Below, one piece after another: positions 55,564 to 64,000 of a stretch of 64,000 bases of DNA. Both the position numbers and the translations under genes were made by a program. Source of the stretch: a candidate division CSSED10-310 bacterium (GTDB lineage: Bacteria; CSSED10-310). The stretch covers positions 1,244 through 65,243 of the forward strand of contig PWNJ01000139.1 of the NCBI GenBank assembly GCA_003558985.1. Direction: 5' to 3'. A model generated the notes under the pieces. That model made no database searches and was not told the DNA's origin. It saw nothing but the letters and a program-made list of their open reading frames with translations. Positions within the stretch are counted from its first letter, which is position 1. Each line of letters starts with the position of its first letter.

Positions 55564-56679
55564 TTGAAAGTTACCAAATTATACCAGTTAATAAACTCGC
55601 TTCATACTGCTGTCCCCAGACGTTTATTTCCCGGAGGTTACGCTCTGCCCCCCCTGCGCGTGGGGTGTGTCCTTACACACCGATGCAATCTGAAATGTGC
55701 GATGTGCTTTGTATGGAAGCACGGCAGTAATGAGTTATCTCAGAAAGAATTAACCACGGATGAATGGAAATCGGTTTTTGATCAGATACCATCACAAGCA
55801 ATCATTACCATGACAGGTGGTGAACCACTTGTTCGGTCTGACTTCAGCGAATTGTTGAAATATGCCTGTCGCCATCATCGTGTGCATCTGGTATCAAACG
55901 GCACCCTGTTTACTGATGAACTTGCAAAACTGTGCGTTGACCTGGCTCCCAAATCAATGTTTAGCAAGGGTCTTGTATCATTGGGGGTTAGCCTTGAAGG
56001 ACCAGAAACCATTCATGATGCAATGGTTCAAATCCCGGGTTCGTATGCCCGAACTACAAAGCTTCTGCAAAATGTAGCTACCATGAAAAAAAACGCTGGC
56101 AAACGCTACCCCTTGCTGGATCTGAAAATAGTAATTTGCCGCGAAACACTCAGTTCATTGCCACAACTGTATAGTTTGGCGAATGACCTTGAACTCGATA
56201 TTATCTCATATCAGCAATGCACAACCCAGGAATCAAGCTATGGAATTGACGATGCCCCGAAAAATGCCATCGCTGTGCCACCAGCAGATATTGAACCGAT
56301 ACCCCGGGAAGAATTGATACCTGTTCTGAAAAAACTCGTGCAAATGTCCGAACACAGAAAAACGGTACTAAGATTTAATCCCGATATGGATTTGGAACTT
56401 TTTGCAGATCGATACGAAAACCGGTTTCCTCTGCATCTGTTTACATGCGCAGCCGCATGGAGTGTGATGCATATCGGCCCCTATGGAACTGTTTTCCCGT
56501 GTTTTTCAATTTCAATGGGAAATGTCCGTTCAACACCTTTGACAAAAATATGGAATGGACCGGAATACAAAAAATTCAGGCAAAAACTCCGAAAAGCTGG
56601 TATTTTTGATGGTTGCACCGGGTGTTGTGTAATGAAACCTGATGCTCAAAAGATTAAAACTGCACGAGATTCACAATGA
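55564..56679 (+). CDS. Radical SAM protein with a SPASM/twitch-like C-terminal Cys domain
   Basis: CNLKCAMC, GGEPLV, and a C-terminal C-x19-C...GN...W...C-x2-CC pattern. It starts 3 nt after the previous stop. Confidence 0.8.
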   Translation: MKVTKLYQLINSLHTAVPRRLFPGGYALPPLRVGCVLTHRCNLKCAMCFVWKHGSNELSQKELTTDEWKSVFDQIPSQAIITMTGGEPLVRSDFSELLKYACRHHRVHLVSNGTLFTDELAKLCVDLAPKSMFSKGLVSLGVSLEGPETIHDAMVQIPGSYARTTKLLQNVATMKKNAGKRYPLLDLKIVICRETLSSLPQLYSLANDLELDIISYQQCTTQESSYGIDDAPKNAIAVPPADIEPIPREELIPVLKKLVQMSEHRKTVLRFNPDMDLELFADRYENRFPLHLFTCAAAWSVMHIGPYGTVFPCFSISMGNVRSTPLTKIWNGPEYKKFRQKLRKAGIFDGCTGCCVMKPDAQKIKTARDSQ

Positions 56680-57725
56680 AACCATCTGTTCTGTTTAAAA
56701 GATCTTTAAAGCAAAATCTGAATGCTCTGAAAATGAGATTGTTTCCTATGAACAAACCTGTCTGCAGGCACGACCCCGAATCAATCATGGTTTTTGTGAC
56801 CAATCGATGCAACTTTAAATGCAATACCTGTCCGTTTACAAATACATCACCATGGTCTCCACCAGACAATGTGCCGGATATGCCGGTTGATCTGTTCAGA
56901 TCAATAATCAATAAGTACTCTGGAGCGAAAATCCTGGGGCTCGTCGGCGGTGAACCTTTGCTGCATCCGAATCTGAATGAAATGATCACCATAGCTGCCT
57001 CAAAAAAGATTGCTGTGAACATTTCAACAAACGGTTCATTGCTGACTGAAAGAAAAACTCGTCAACTTCTTGACCTTCCGCTGACATCACTTAATATATC
57101 CGTGGATGCCGTCAATGAAGATGAGTTCAAACGCTTGCGAGGCGGCGATTCAAAAACGTATCAAACAGTTGTTACCAATGCAGCGCGGTTCGGTGAAATC
57201 AAAAAGAAGAAAAATAAAAACATGTCATTTAAACTGAGTTTCGTAACTGATTCACAAAATCTGTTCAGAATTCCTGAATATTTTGACCTGGCCCGTTCTG
57301 TAAGCGCTGACACAGTATTTTGCCAAAGTGTATTGTCCTATGAATGTTCATCAGTAACTGCAGGTGAAAGTGTTTTATGGGATACACCAGAGAACAGAAA
57401 TTTCCTGCAATCTTTAAAAACACCTGATGATATAACGTTTATTCCCCCACTACTCACTGCCCAAACTGACAAAAACAACACAACCACCAGTTGTGTTCAT
57501 CCATTTAAAATACTGGCCACAGACGGGGCTGGAAATGTGTCACCATGTTGTGTTATTCCTCCCCATAACCGGTTTGGAAATTTTTATAACGATATCATTA
57601 TCTGGCGAAAAGGAGCGGCTTTGCGGAAAATCCGTTCAGAAATGCTTGAAAACAAACCTGCTTCAGAATCAATATGTCTTAATTGCTGGGAACGATTTTC
57701 CATGCAACCCGATAAAAAACAATGA
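56676..57725 (+). CDS. Radical SAM protein with a SPASM/twitch-like C-terminal Cys domain
   Basis: CNFKCNTC, GGEPLL, and C-terminal CVHP...SPCCV...GN...CLNCW. It has a 4-nt overlap with the previous gene. Confidence 0.8.
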   Translation: MKPSVLFKRSLKQNLNALKMRLFPMNKPVCRHDPESIMVFVTNRCNFKCNTCPFTNTSPWSPPDNVPDMPVDLFRSIINKYSGAKILGLVGGEPLLHPNLNEMITIAASKKIAVNISTNGSLLTERKTRQLLDLPLTSLNISVDAVNEDEFKRLRGGDSKTYQTVVTNAARFGEIKKKKNKNMSFKLSFVTDSQNLFRIPEYFDLARSVSADTVFCQSVLSYECSSVTAGESVLWDTPENRNFLQSLKTPDDITFIPPLLTAQTDKNNTTTSCVHPFKILATDGAGNVSPCCVIPPHNRFGNFYNDIIIWRKGAALRKIRSEMLENKPASESICLNCWERFSMQPDKKQ

Positions 57726-58201
57726 AACGATTTTTTCAACAGCTTTTGAATGATCTTTTAAACACCTCCGATGATTCGGACGATAATCTTAAAAAACTGC
57801 ACAGTCTGGAAATGGCCGCATCAGTTATTCTTTTGGAAACCGCTGCAACTGACAAAGATATTTCAAACGAAGAACTGGCCGGAATTACCTGTATTTTGCA
57901 AAAGCAATTTAAACTGAGTGATGATGATACCAATACTTTGCTTGACGCTGCAGAGACAGCTCGTAAAAAAGCCATTGATCTACACCAGTTTACTCAAATC
58001 ATAAACAAAAACTGTTCAAAGGATCAAAAATCCCGGCTGATTGAATATGTCTGGCAAATCATTTACACAGACGGCAGGTTGGACAAACACGAGGATTTCC
58101 TTGCGCACAAACTGGCCCGTTTAATGCATATAGACCACAAGGATTTTATTGCTGCAAAACTGAAGGCCAGGCAAGCATCAAAGAAACGAAAATCAGGCTA
58201 A
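57722..58201 (+). CDS. TerB-family (tellurite-resistance TerB / DjlA-N-like) protein
   Basis: Two TerB-like half repeats (LLETAATDKDISNEELAGI and IIYTDGRLDKHEDFLAHKLARLM). It has a 4-nt overlap with the upstream radical SAM gene. Confidence 0.6.
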   Translation: MKRFFQQLLNDLLNTSDDSDDNLKKLHSLEMAASVILLETAATDKDISNEELAGITCILQKQFKLSDDDTNTLLDAAETARKKAIDLHQFTQIINKNCSKDQKSRLIEYVWQIIYTDGRLDKHEDFLAHKLARLMHIDHKDFIAAKLKARQASKKRKSG

Positions 58202-58228
58202 CCACTCAAACAGTCCTGGAATAATTGG

Positions 58229-58723
58229 CTAATCTGTCTTTGGAAGATATGACAGAATCTGTTCAGCGTGTCCGGCTGTGTCAACCTGGTCAATAATTTC
58301 CATTATCATACCTTCCGGATCAATGATATATGTCATACGTCTTGGGAAGACTTTACCATGAGCATTATATGCTTTAGCTACGGTTTTCTGTGTATCCGAA
58401 AGAAGTGTAAACTGGAATCCATGTTTATCTGCAAACTTTCTGTGGGATTCAGGAGTGTCATAACTGATGCCAAAAACAACAACACCTCGTTCGCGCAGGT
58501 CTGCAAACCCGTCTCGTATTGAACAACCTTGTTTTGTGCAGCCAGGAGTATTGTTTTTGGGATAAAAATACAAAACAACAATGTTTCCCCGGTAATCAGA
58601 TAACGTATGAGTTTTACCATCGGCATCAGGTAAAGTGAAATCGGGTGCAGGATCACCTTTTTGCAAAACAGATGCCCCGGTTGACGACAACGCGAATAAA
58701 GCCAATATTGATATCAGTTTCAT
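58229..58723 (-). CDS. bcp: Secreted peroxiredoxin, Bcp-type thiol peroxidase
   Basis: I trimmed the start to ATG 58723 ([14 protein letters not shown] signal peptide). It has [16 protein letters not shown], with peroxidatic and resolving Cys spaced C-x4-C. Confidence 0.85.
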   Translation of the reverse strand: MKLISILALFALSSTGASVLQKGDPAPDFTLPDADGKTHTLSDYRGNIVVLYFYPKNNTPGCTKQGCSIRDGFADLRERGVVVFGISYDTPESHRKFADKHGFQFTLLSDTQKTVAKAYNAHGKVFPRRMTYIIDPEGMIMEIIDQVDTAGHAEQILSYLPKTD

Positions 58724-58782
58724 CAGTTTAAAGCCCCCTTTAATCAAGGTTTTACAACACAATAATCCGTTTTGATTAATAC

Positions 58783-59895
58783 CTACGGCGCTTTTCCAAG
58801 CCGTTTTATTTCGCGAAATACACCAGCAAAACCAAGCCGCTGCTCCATATTCATCAACCGATTGTAACCGCGACCATACACATCATCGCGGTAATGTAGT
58901 CGAACTACCAGATCCGAATAACCCATTCCAGTCAATACCCTGCCCGCAACCCATTGTGCAAAACCTTCAATCAATTCATCTCCAGATAAATAAGGTGCAT
59001 TTTCTGCCTGCCAGGCATGAGCCAGTTCATGGGCAACCGTTTCAATACATATTGGTTGCGACAAACCCCGCAATATCTGAATTGTAAAATCGTTACCCCT
59101 ACGAATAAAACGACCGGATTCGCGATAGTGATCCGATCGAATCGGTTTACCAAGATCATCAACCAACTCGAAATTGATCTTCGTATTAATATTCATCAAC
59201 ATATCGCGTTCCAGATAACGCGAAACCTGGTTTATTACATTACGTAAACCGGTTTTAGTACTGACGGCTGTTGCGGCACATTCCCGGCACAATGAATTGC
59301 CATTGTTCATTCTGACAGGCCGATCACCAGTCGGACGCAGACAGGAAATACAGGAGTCTGTCTGTTCAACACAAGTCATGCAAAACTGTCCTTCAAATCC
59401 TTTAAAAACACTGTATCGCCCGGAAATGTAATCATGACAACCGGTACATCTGGGCGTATCATCATGACATGTGTGACAAACCTGTCGGCCTGAATCATGT
59501 AACCACTTTCCCGGAAGAAGTATGGATCGGCATAAAGAACAGCGGTCTGCCGATTCATTGCAACCTGAACAAAATGTGTTTCCATGACTGTTTTTAAAAT
59601 AAACTCTTGTTAATACATTACCGCAGGCGTCGCAACGGGCAGCAGTCCTTGAACATGACCTGCATATTACATCGCGATCCCCTTCCCGGGTCCCGGCTGT
59701 CGGCATACCGCAAGAATAACATCTCCCAGTCGTATTCTTACAATCTTCGCATACAGTCATTTCAGTGGAATTACTTTGAAACACAAAATACTCTCTGCTC
59801 ATTGCCTTCTGACAAAGATCACACCTGACAGAGGCAGCGCAGGGTAATATCCCGATTAAAAATATTGTAACTGATAAAAATAGTTTAAATCGCAT
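58783..59895 (-). CDS. Signal-peptide protein with six LIM-like C4 zinc knuckles and a C-terminal DA1-like HExxH peptidase domain
   Basis: I trimmed the start to ATG 59895 ([27 protein letters not shown] 5 nt upstream). It has six tandem C-x2-C-x13-19-C-x2-C units, then HELAHAWQ...EGFAQWVA. Confidence 0.7.
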   Translation of the reverse strand: MRFKLFLSVTIFLIGILPCAASVRCDLCQKAMSREYFVFQSNSTEMTVCEDCKNTTGRCYSCGMPTAGTREGDRDVICRSCSRTAARCDACGNVLTRVYFKNSHGNTFCSGCNESADRCSLCRSILLPGKWLHDSGRQVCHTCHDDTPRCTGCHDYISGRYSVFKGFEGQFCMTCVEQTDSCISCLRPTGDRPVRMNNGNSLCRECAATAVSTKTGLRNVINQVSRYLERDMLMNINTKINFELVDDLGKPIRSDHYRESGRFIRRGNDFTIQILRGLSQPICIETVAHELAHAWQAENAPYLSGDELIEGFAQWVAGRVLTGMGYSDLVVRLHYRDDVYGRGYNRLMNMEQRLGFAGVFREIKRLGKAP

Positions 59896-60066
59896 GTTCT
59901 CTCCAGATTCATTAGCAAGAAAATCCCTATATATTTTCCTGATAAAGGCCACCAAAATCAAATTCTGACCAAATAAATCAACTTCGAAAGCTCTGTCCGT
60001 GTCGCAGCGGCGTTGCAGCAGCGTTGCCTGAAACACTCTGTTAATGTTAATGTATTCAAAAATGTC

Positions 60067-60075
60067 TGTTATAAT
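60067..60075 (+). promoter_or_regulatory. Extended -10 promoter element (TGTTATAAT) upstream of clpB
   Basis: TGnTATAAT at 60067-60075, about 65 nt upstream of the clpB ATG. The -35 is weak (TTAATG). The element lies in what the track shows as a spurious N-terminal extension of the divergent ORF. Confidence 0.45.
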
Positions 60076-60140
60076 AGGGTTTACATCTGGCATGAATCTT
60101 GATTAAAAAAACAGGTAGTTTGATTGGAGGTATTTTTATA

Positions 60141-62759
60141 ATGAACATGAACAGATTAACACAAAAATCACAGGAAGCATTACAGCAAGCTCAATCTTAC
60201 GCCATAAGCAACGGTCATCATGAAATTGATTCTGAACACTTGTTCTACGTGTTGATTAAGGCAGAAGACGGCTTGATAAAACGTCTGTTTCAAAAAATGG
60301 ATATTGACCCGGCGGGAGTTACAGATCTGGTTGAAGAACTGCTTGGTAAACGACCCCGTGTATCCGGTCCCGGCATTGAGCCCGGCAAGGTTTATATTAC
60401 ACAACGATTGAACGAAATACTGGTTCAGGCAGAGTCTGAGGCCAAAACATTAAAAGATGAGTATATTTCCGTTGAACACCTGATGCTGGCTTTGATTGAA
60501 AAATCACATGAGTCGCCTCTTGAGAATGTGTTCAACACATTCGGTATAACTCGCGAACGCTTTCTGTCAGCATTAACTGGAGTCAGAGGACACCAGCGTG
60601 TGGTGAGTGACAATCCGGAAAGCACATATGAAGCATTGGAACGTTATGGGCGCGATCTGGTTCAGGCAGCCCGTTCAGGCAAACTTGATCCGGTTATTGG
60701 CCGGGATGATGAAATTCGTCGTGTCATACGGATCTTGTCCAGAAAAACCAAAAACAATCCTGTTCTAATCGGCGAACCCGGAGTTGGTAAAACAGCTATT
60801 GTGGAGGGTCTGGCACATAGAATTGTACGCGGCGATGTACCGGATGGCTTGAAGGATAAAACTGTCTTTTCGCTGGATATGGGCTCACTGATTGCTGGAG
60901 CAAAGTTTCGTGGTGAATTTGAGGAACGTTTAAAATCTGTATTGCAGGAAATTCGTGAAAGCGAAGGTCGCATTCTTCTTTTTATTGATGAAATGCATAC
61001 GATCGTGGGAGCTGGCAAAGCTGAAGGTTCAATGGATGCTGGCAATATGCTGAAACCAATGCTTGCACGGGGTGAGCTTCATTGCATAGGCGCAACGACT
61101 CTTGATGAATATCGACAACACGTAGAAAAAGACGCGGCTTTGGAAAGACGTTTTCAACCCGTTCTGGTCACCGAACCAAACGTCGAAGATACAATAAGCA
61201 TTTTAAGAGGTCTCAAGGAGCGTTTTGAGGTACATCACGGTGTCAATATTACAGACAATGCACTGGTATCGGCCGCAATCCTTTCAAACCGTTATATTTC
61301 CGACAGGTTTTTACCTGATAAGGCCATTGACCTTGTGGATGAAGCTTGCGCAATGATTCGAACCGAAATTGATTCAATGCCGTCAGCTCTTGATGCTGTA
61401 ACCAGACGAATTATGCAGCTTGAAATTGAAGCGGCCGCGTTAAAAAAGGAAAAAGATAAGAGCGTTAAAGAACGCTGTCAGGCAATTAACCGTGAATTGG
61501 CCGATCTGAAAATGGAACAGTCTGAAATGCTGTCACGTTGGGAATCAGAAAAGAAAGATATATCAGAAATCCAGAATTTGAGAAAAGAAATTGAATCGAT
61601 ACGGCAAGAAATTGAAGTAGCCGAACGTGATTATAATTTGAATCGGGCAGCAGAGTTAAAACATGGAAAACTGCCGGCGATTGAGCAGCAGTTACATGAA
61701 AAGGAACAAAAGCTTGCTCAGAAAGATACAGGTGATAAACTTTTACGTGAGGCTGTAACAGACGATGAAATCGCCGATATCGTGTCTCGCTGGACCGGTA
61801 TTCCAGTTACTCGCCTGATTGAAAGCGAACGCGCCAAACTGCTTAAGCTCGATCAGGTTTTGCATCAACGGGTTGTCGGACAGGATGAAGCTGTTCAACG
61901 TGTCGCAGATGCTGTCATTCGTGCCCGGTCCGGTATCAAGGACCCCAAAAAACCAATCGGATCATTTATTTTTCTGGGCCCGACAGGTGTTGGAAAAACA
62001 GAATTGGCCAGAGCGCTGACCGAAGCGCTGTTTGACGCGGAAGAAAATATGATCAGAATTGACATGTCTGAATACATGGAAAAACATTCGGTATCCAGAA
62101 TGATTGGAGCTCCTCCGGGATATGTCGGGTTTGAACAAGGTGGCCAATTGACAGAGGCGGTACGAAGAAAACCATACTCAGTAATCTTGTTCGATGAAAT
62201 CGAAAAAGCACATCATGATGTATTCAATGTATTGCTTCAAATTCTGGATGACGGTCGCGTGACCGATAGCCATGGCAGAACAGTTGATTTCAAGAATACG
62301 GTTATCATTATGACCAGCAATATTGGCTCGCAATATCTGCTGGAAGAAACGCTTGCCAACGGGGATGTGTCCCAAACAGCACAAAACAGCATTTTAAGCG
62401 AACTCCGTCAGCATTTCCGGCCTGAGTTTTTGAACCGGGTAGATGATATTGTCATTTTCAAAGCGTTGACCTTGAAGGAAATTGAACAAATCGTCGTACT
62501 GTTGATGAACAATCTGAAAAAACGACTGGCTGACAGACATGTTTCAATCAACATGTCAGATGAAGCAAAATCATATATTGCCAAACAGGGGTTTGATCCG
62601 GTATATGGCGCTCGTCCATTGAAACGATTTATTCAGCGGGAATTGGAAACACGGGTTGGACGAGCACTAATTTCAGGCGATGTGTTTGAAGGGGCTACTG
62701 TTTACATAGATGTTGTTGAAGGGGAACTGGATATTTCAATAGATAATAACCAACCCTGA
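60141..62759 (+). CDS. clpB: ATP-dependent chaperone/disaggregase ClpB
   Basis: I trimmed the start to ATG 60141 (GGAGG 10 nt upstream). It has a Clp N-domain, AAA-1 GEPGVGKTA, a long coiled-coil M domain, AAA-2 GPTGVGKTE, and the sensor motif GARPLKR. Confidence 0.96.
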   Translation: MNMNRLTQKSQEALQQAQSYAISNGHHEIDSEHLFYVLIKAEDGLIKRLFQKMDIDPAGVTDLVEELLGKRPRVSGPGIEPGKVYITQRLNEILVQAESEAKTLKDEYISVEHLMLALIEKSHESPLENVFNTFGITRERFLSALTGVRGHQRVVSDNPESTYEALERYGRDLVQAARSGKLDPVIGRDDEIRRVIRILSRKTKNNPVLIGEPGVGKTAIVEGLAHRIVRGDVPDGLKDKTVFSLDMGSLIAGAKFRGEFEERLKSVLQEIRESEGRILLFIDEMHTIVGAGKAEGSMDAGNMLKPMLARGELHCIGATTLDEYRQHVEKDAALERRFQPVLVTEPNVEDTISILRGLKERFEVHHGVNITDNALVSAAILSNRYISDRFLPDKAIDLVDEACAMIRTEIDSMPSALDAVTRRIMQLEIEAAALKKEKDKSVKERCQAINRELADLKMEQSEMLSRWESEKKDISEIQNLRKEIESIRQEIEVAERDYNLNRAAELKHGKLPAIEQQLHEKEQKLAQKDTGDKLLREAVTDDEIADIVSRWTGIPVTRLIESERAKLLKLDQVLHQRVVGQDEAVQRVADAVIRARSGIKDPKKPIGSFIFLGPTGVGKTELARALTEALFDAEENMIRIDMSEYMEKHSVSRMIGAPPGYVGFEQGGQLTEAVRRKPYSVILFDEIEKAHHDVFNVLLQILDDGRVTDSHGRTVDFKNTVIIMTSNIGSQYLLEETLANGDVSQTAQNSILSELRQHFRPEFLNRVDDIVIFKALTLKEIEQIVVLLMNNLKKRLADRHVSINMSDEAKSYIAKQGFDPVYGARPLKRFIQRELETRVGRALISGDVFEGATVYIDVVEGELDISIDNNQP

Positions 62760-62841
62760 TCCGCTATCGGTTTAAAGTCATTGCCATTGATAGTTCATTC
62801 TGTTATGTATTTCGCTGGTGAATGGCTGATTATTTGAAAGA

Positions 62842-63708
62842 TTGCGGATAATGTATATGAATTCGAGTGAAACTATCGATAAAGTCAGAGATGTTTACAA
62901 AAAATTGCCCGGCGCCTGGGCAATTGCCCTTTTTGGCTCGCGAGCCAAAGGGACTGCAACTGATGAGTCTGACATAAACCTGATGGTCATAGAATCGGAA
63001 CTTGCCACACAAAGCTCACGAGCACAAATCCTTGCAGAGCTGGCCGATTCTGGTACGCCGTCGGCGTGTCGTGACATGCCGATTCCATCTGATTCACTTT
63101 TTGTAAACAACATCAAAGTCAGCGTATGGCATATTCCAGAAGATCTGGTATGCGAACGGGTATCAAGCGTTCTGAAAAACCGCCGCCTTGAAGATTCGGT
63201 TATCGTCAGTATTCTTCACGATAGCAGAATTTTGTGGGATACCAAAAATCAATTGCACGCATGGAAGAATATTATCTCCCCATTACCACCTGAATACAAA
63301 AAAAAGATCGTTCCGGTGATGTTCTCGGAAATTGCCTATGGCCTTGACGTTATGAAAACTGTCGATCCCTCCGAAAGCCTGTTCTACATACATCATGAAC
63401 TTATAGCTCTTATAAAAACGATCTACGAAATCATTTTTATTTCTAATAACAGCTACTTTACGTTCAGCCACAGACTGGATCAGGAATTGAACCTTCTGGA
63501 AAGTCTTCCAGACGGTTTTTTAAAACACGTGAAAGCGATTCTTTCACTTGAAATATCACCGGAAGGCCAGAAAGCCCGATGGCGCCGGATTTGTTTTTTA
63601 ACACAACTTATTGGCAACCACCTGGATCAACAAGGTTTATATAATCTGAAAACCGGCTGGACTCAGTTAAAACGCACAGCGCCATTTTTGTTTGAATTCA
63701 CAAAATAA
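62842..63708 (+). CDS. Nucleotidyltransferase-fold protein (KNTase/DUF4037-like: N-terminal NTase plus C-terminal helical domain)
   Basis: ALFGSRAKGTATDESDINLMV (the G[SG]...DxD Pol-beta-type NTase motif). The track start is TTG; ATGs at 62851 and 62857 are alternatives. Confidence 0.6.
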   Translation: MRIMYMNSSETIDKVRDVYKKLPGAWAIALFGSRAKGTATDESDINLMVIESELATQSSRAQILAELADSGTPSACRDMPIPSDSLFVNNIKVSVWHIPEDLVCERVSSVLKNRRLEDSVIVSILHDSRILWDTKNQLHAWKNIISPLPPEYKKKIVPVMFSEIAYGLDVMKTVDPSESLFYIHHELIALIKTIYEIIFISNNSYFTFSHRLDQELNLLESLPDGFLKHVKAILSLEISPEGQKARWRRICFLTQLIGNHLDQQGLYNLKTGWTQLKRTAPFLFEFTK

Positions 63709-63728
63709 ATAATTCCCATTTAAGTTTG

Positions 63729-63810
63729 AAACCCGTTATATTTATATCAGAAAAGAGTGAATTACTTGTTTTCTGAAAGAAGAGATTATAATAAGCATAG
63801 TAACGGGTTT
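63729..63810 (+). repeat. Nested inverted repeats in the leader of the last gene
   Basis: The outer 10-bp arms are AAACCCGTTA (63729-38) and TAACGGGTTT (63801-10). The inner 8-bp arms are TCAGAAAA (63747-54) and TTTTCTGA (63769-76). Confidence 0.5.
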
Positions 63811-63835
63811 GTCCGTTTGAAAAGGAGAATGAAAA

Positions 63836-64000
63836 ATGCGTAAAACTGTTTTGTGTTTGGTTTGTTTTTTACTGTTTGTTTGTAGCGGACATGCTCAGAA
63901 TCTGCTTATTAATAACAATTTTGAAGACTGGACTGCAGGCCTTCCCGATCACTGGGAAAAGGAAAGCGCTGTTAATATCACGCAGGAAACATCACCGGTT
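63836..64000 (+). CDS. Secreted protein, 3' end beyond the window (N-terminus only)
   Basis: It is not in the ORF track because it is open-ended. AAGGAG lies 8 nt upstream of the ATG. My hand translation is MRKTVLCLVCFLLFVCSGHAQNLLINNNFEDWTAGLPDHWEKESAVNITQETSPV, a signal peptide plus a mature N-terminus. Confidence 0.6.
   Translation, partial: MRKTVLCLVCFLLFVCSGHAQNLLINNNFEDWTAGLPDHWEKESAVNITQETSPV

Noticed and set aside
59896-60140. Heat-shock operator upstream of clpB (CIRCE or a sigma32-type promoter). Short direct repeats GCGTTGC x2 and GTTAAT x2 lie at about 60010-60050.
   Set aside because: There is no TTAGCACTC-N9-GAGTGCTAA inverted repeat and no CTTGAAA...CCCCAT pattern. The short direct repeats are too small to interpret. 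Only the extended -10 element is reported.
62842-63708. A toxin-antitoxin (MNT/HEPN) interpretation of the nucleotidyltransferase.
   Set aside because: There is no adjacent small HEPN-like ORF. The protein is 288 aa with its own helical C-terminal domain, unlike minimal MNT antitoxins.
1-64000. CRISPR arrays, rRNA/tRNA genes, and transposases, integrases or prophage genes.
   Set aside because: The largest non-coding gap is about 250 nt. None shows regularly spaced direct repeats or a tRNA-like cloverleaf. No ORF carries DDE, tyrosine/serine-recombinase or phage structural signatures.

Overview
This 64-kb window is a gene-dense stretch (about 54 protein genes, intergenic gaps under 260 nt) from a diderm (Gram-negative-type) bacterium. 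The diderm call rests on a TonB-C protein, an OMP beta-barrel, lipoproteins and a YidC with a large periplasmic domain. I cannot place the lineage from sequence alone. I saw no rRNA, tRNA, CRISPR array, transposase, integrase or prophage genes.

Most genes are housekeeping:
- rpmH-rnpA-yidD-yidC-jag-mnmE, convergent with mnmG-rsmG
- purF, purB and a purM-purN fusion
- argS, dut, clpB, hutU, an ABC-F ATPase and two PilT ATPases
- a small glycosyltransferase/WbaP-like cluster

Between these lie several loci with no recognisable family or with unusual architecture:
1. A five-gene, translationally coupled envelope operon (6124-10420). It encodes an FN3-anchored bitopic protein, two polytopic proteins, a second bitopic protein and a thioredoxin-2-like protein that has lost both active-site cysteines.
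2. An operon of one B12-binding radical SAM enzyme, two SPASM/twitch-like radical SAM enzymes and a TerB protein (54133-58201), with no obvious substrate gene.
3. A 1561-aa predicted pseudokinase / STAND-like NTPase / TPR / GAF / HD-GYP protein.
4. A signal-peptide protein with six LIM-like zinc knuckles and a DA1-like HExxH peptidase.
5. A Ser/Thr kinase whose N-terminal 370 aa form about 24 tandem copies of a strict 13-residue repeat.
6. A DRG-like (archaeal/eukaryotic-type) TGS GTPase.
7. An orphan protein / double zinc ribbon / LemA / extended M48 peptidase module.

rpmH (45 codons, TTG start) is absent from the ORF track and was found by reading the sequence. All functional calls come from motif recognition by eye; no database search was run. 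Coordinates I derived by hand (trimmed starts, promoters, hairpins) may be off by 1-2 nt. Around 7280 and 7876 my manual count differed by 1 nt from the ORF track, and I kept the track frame.
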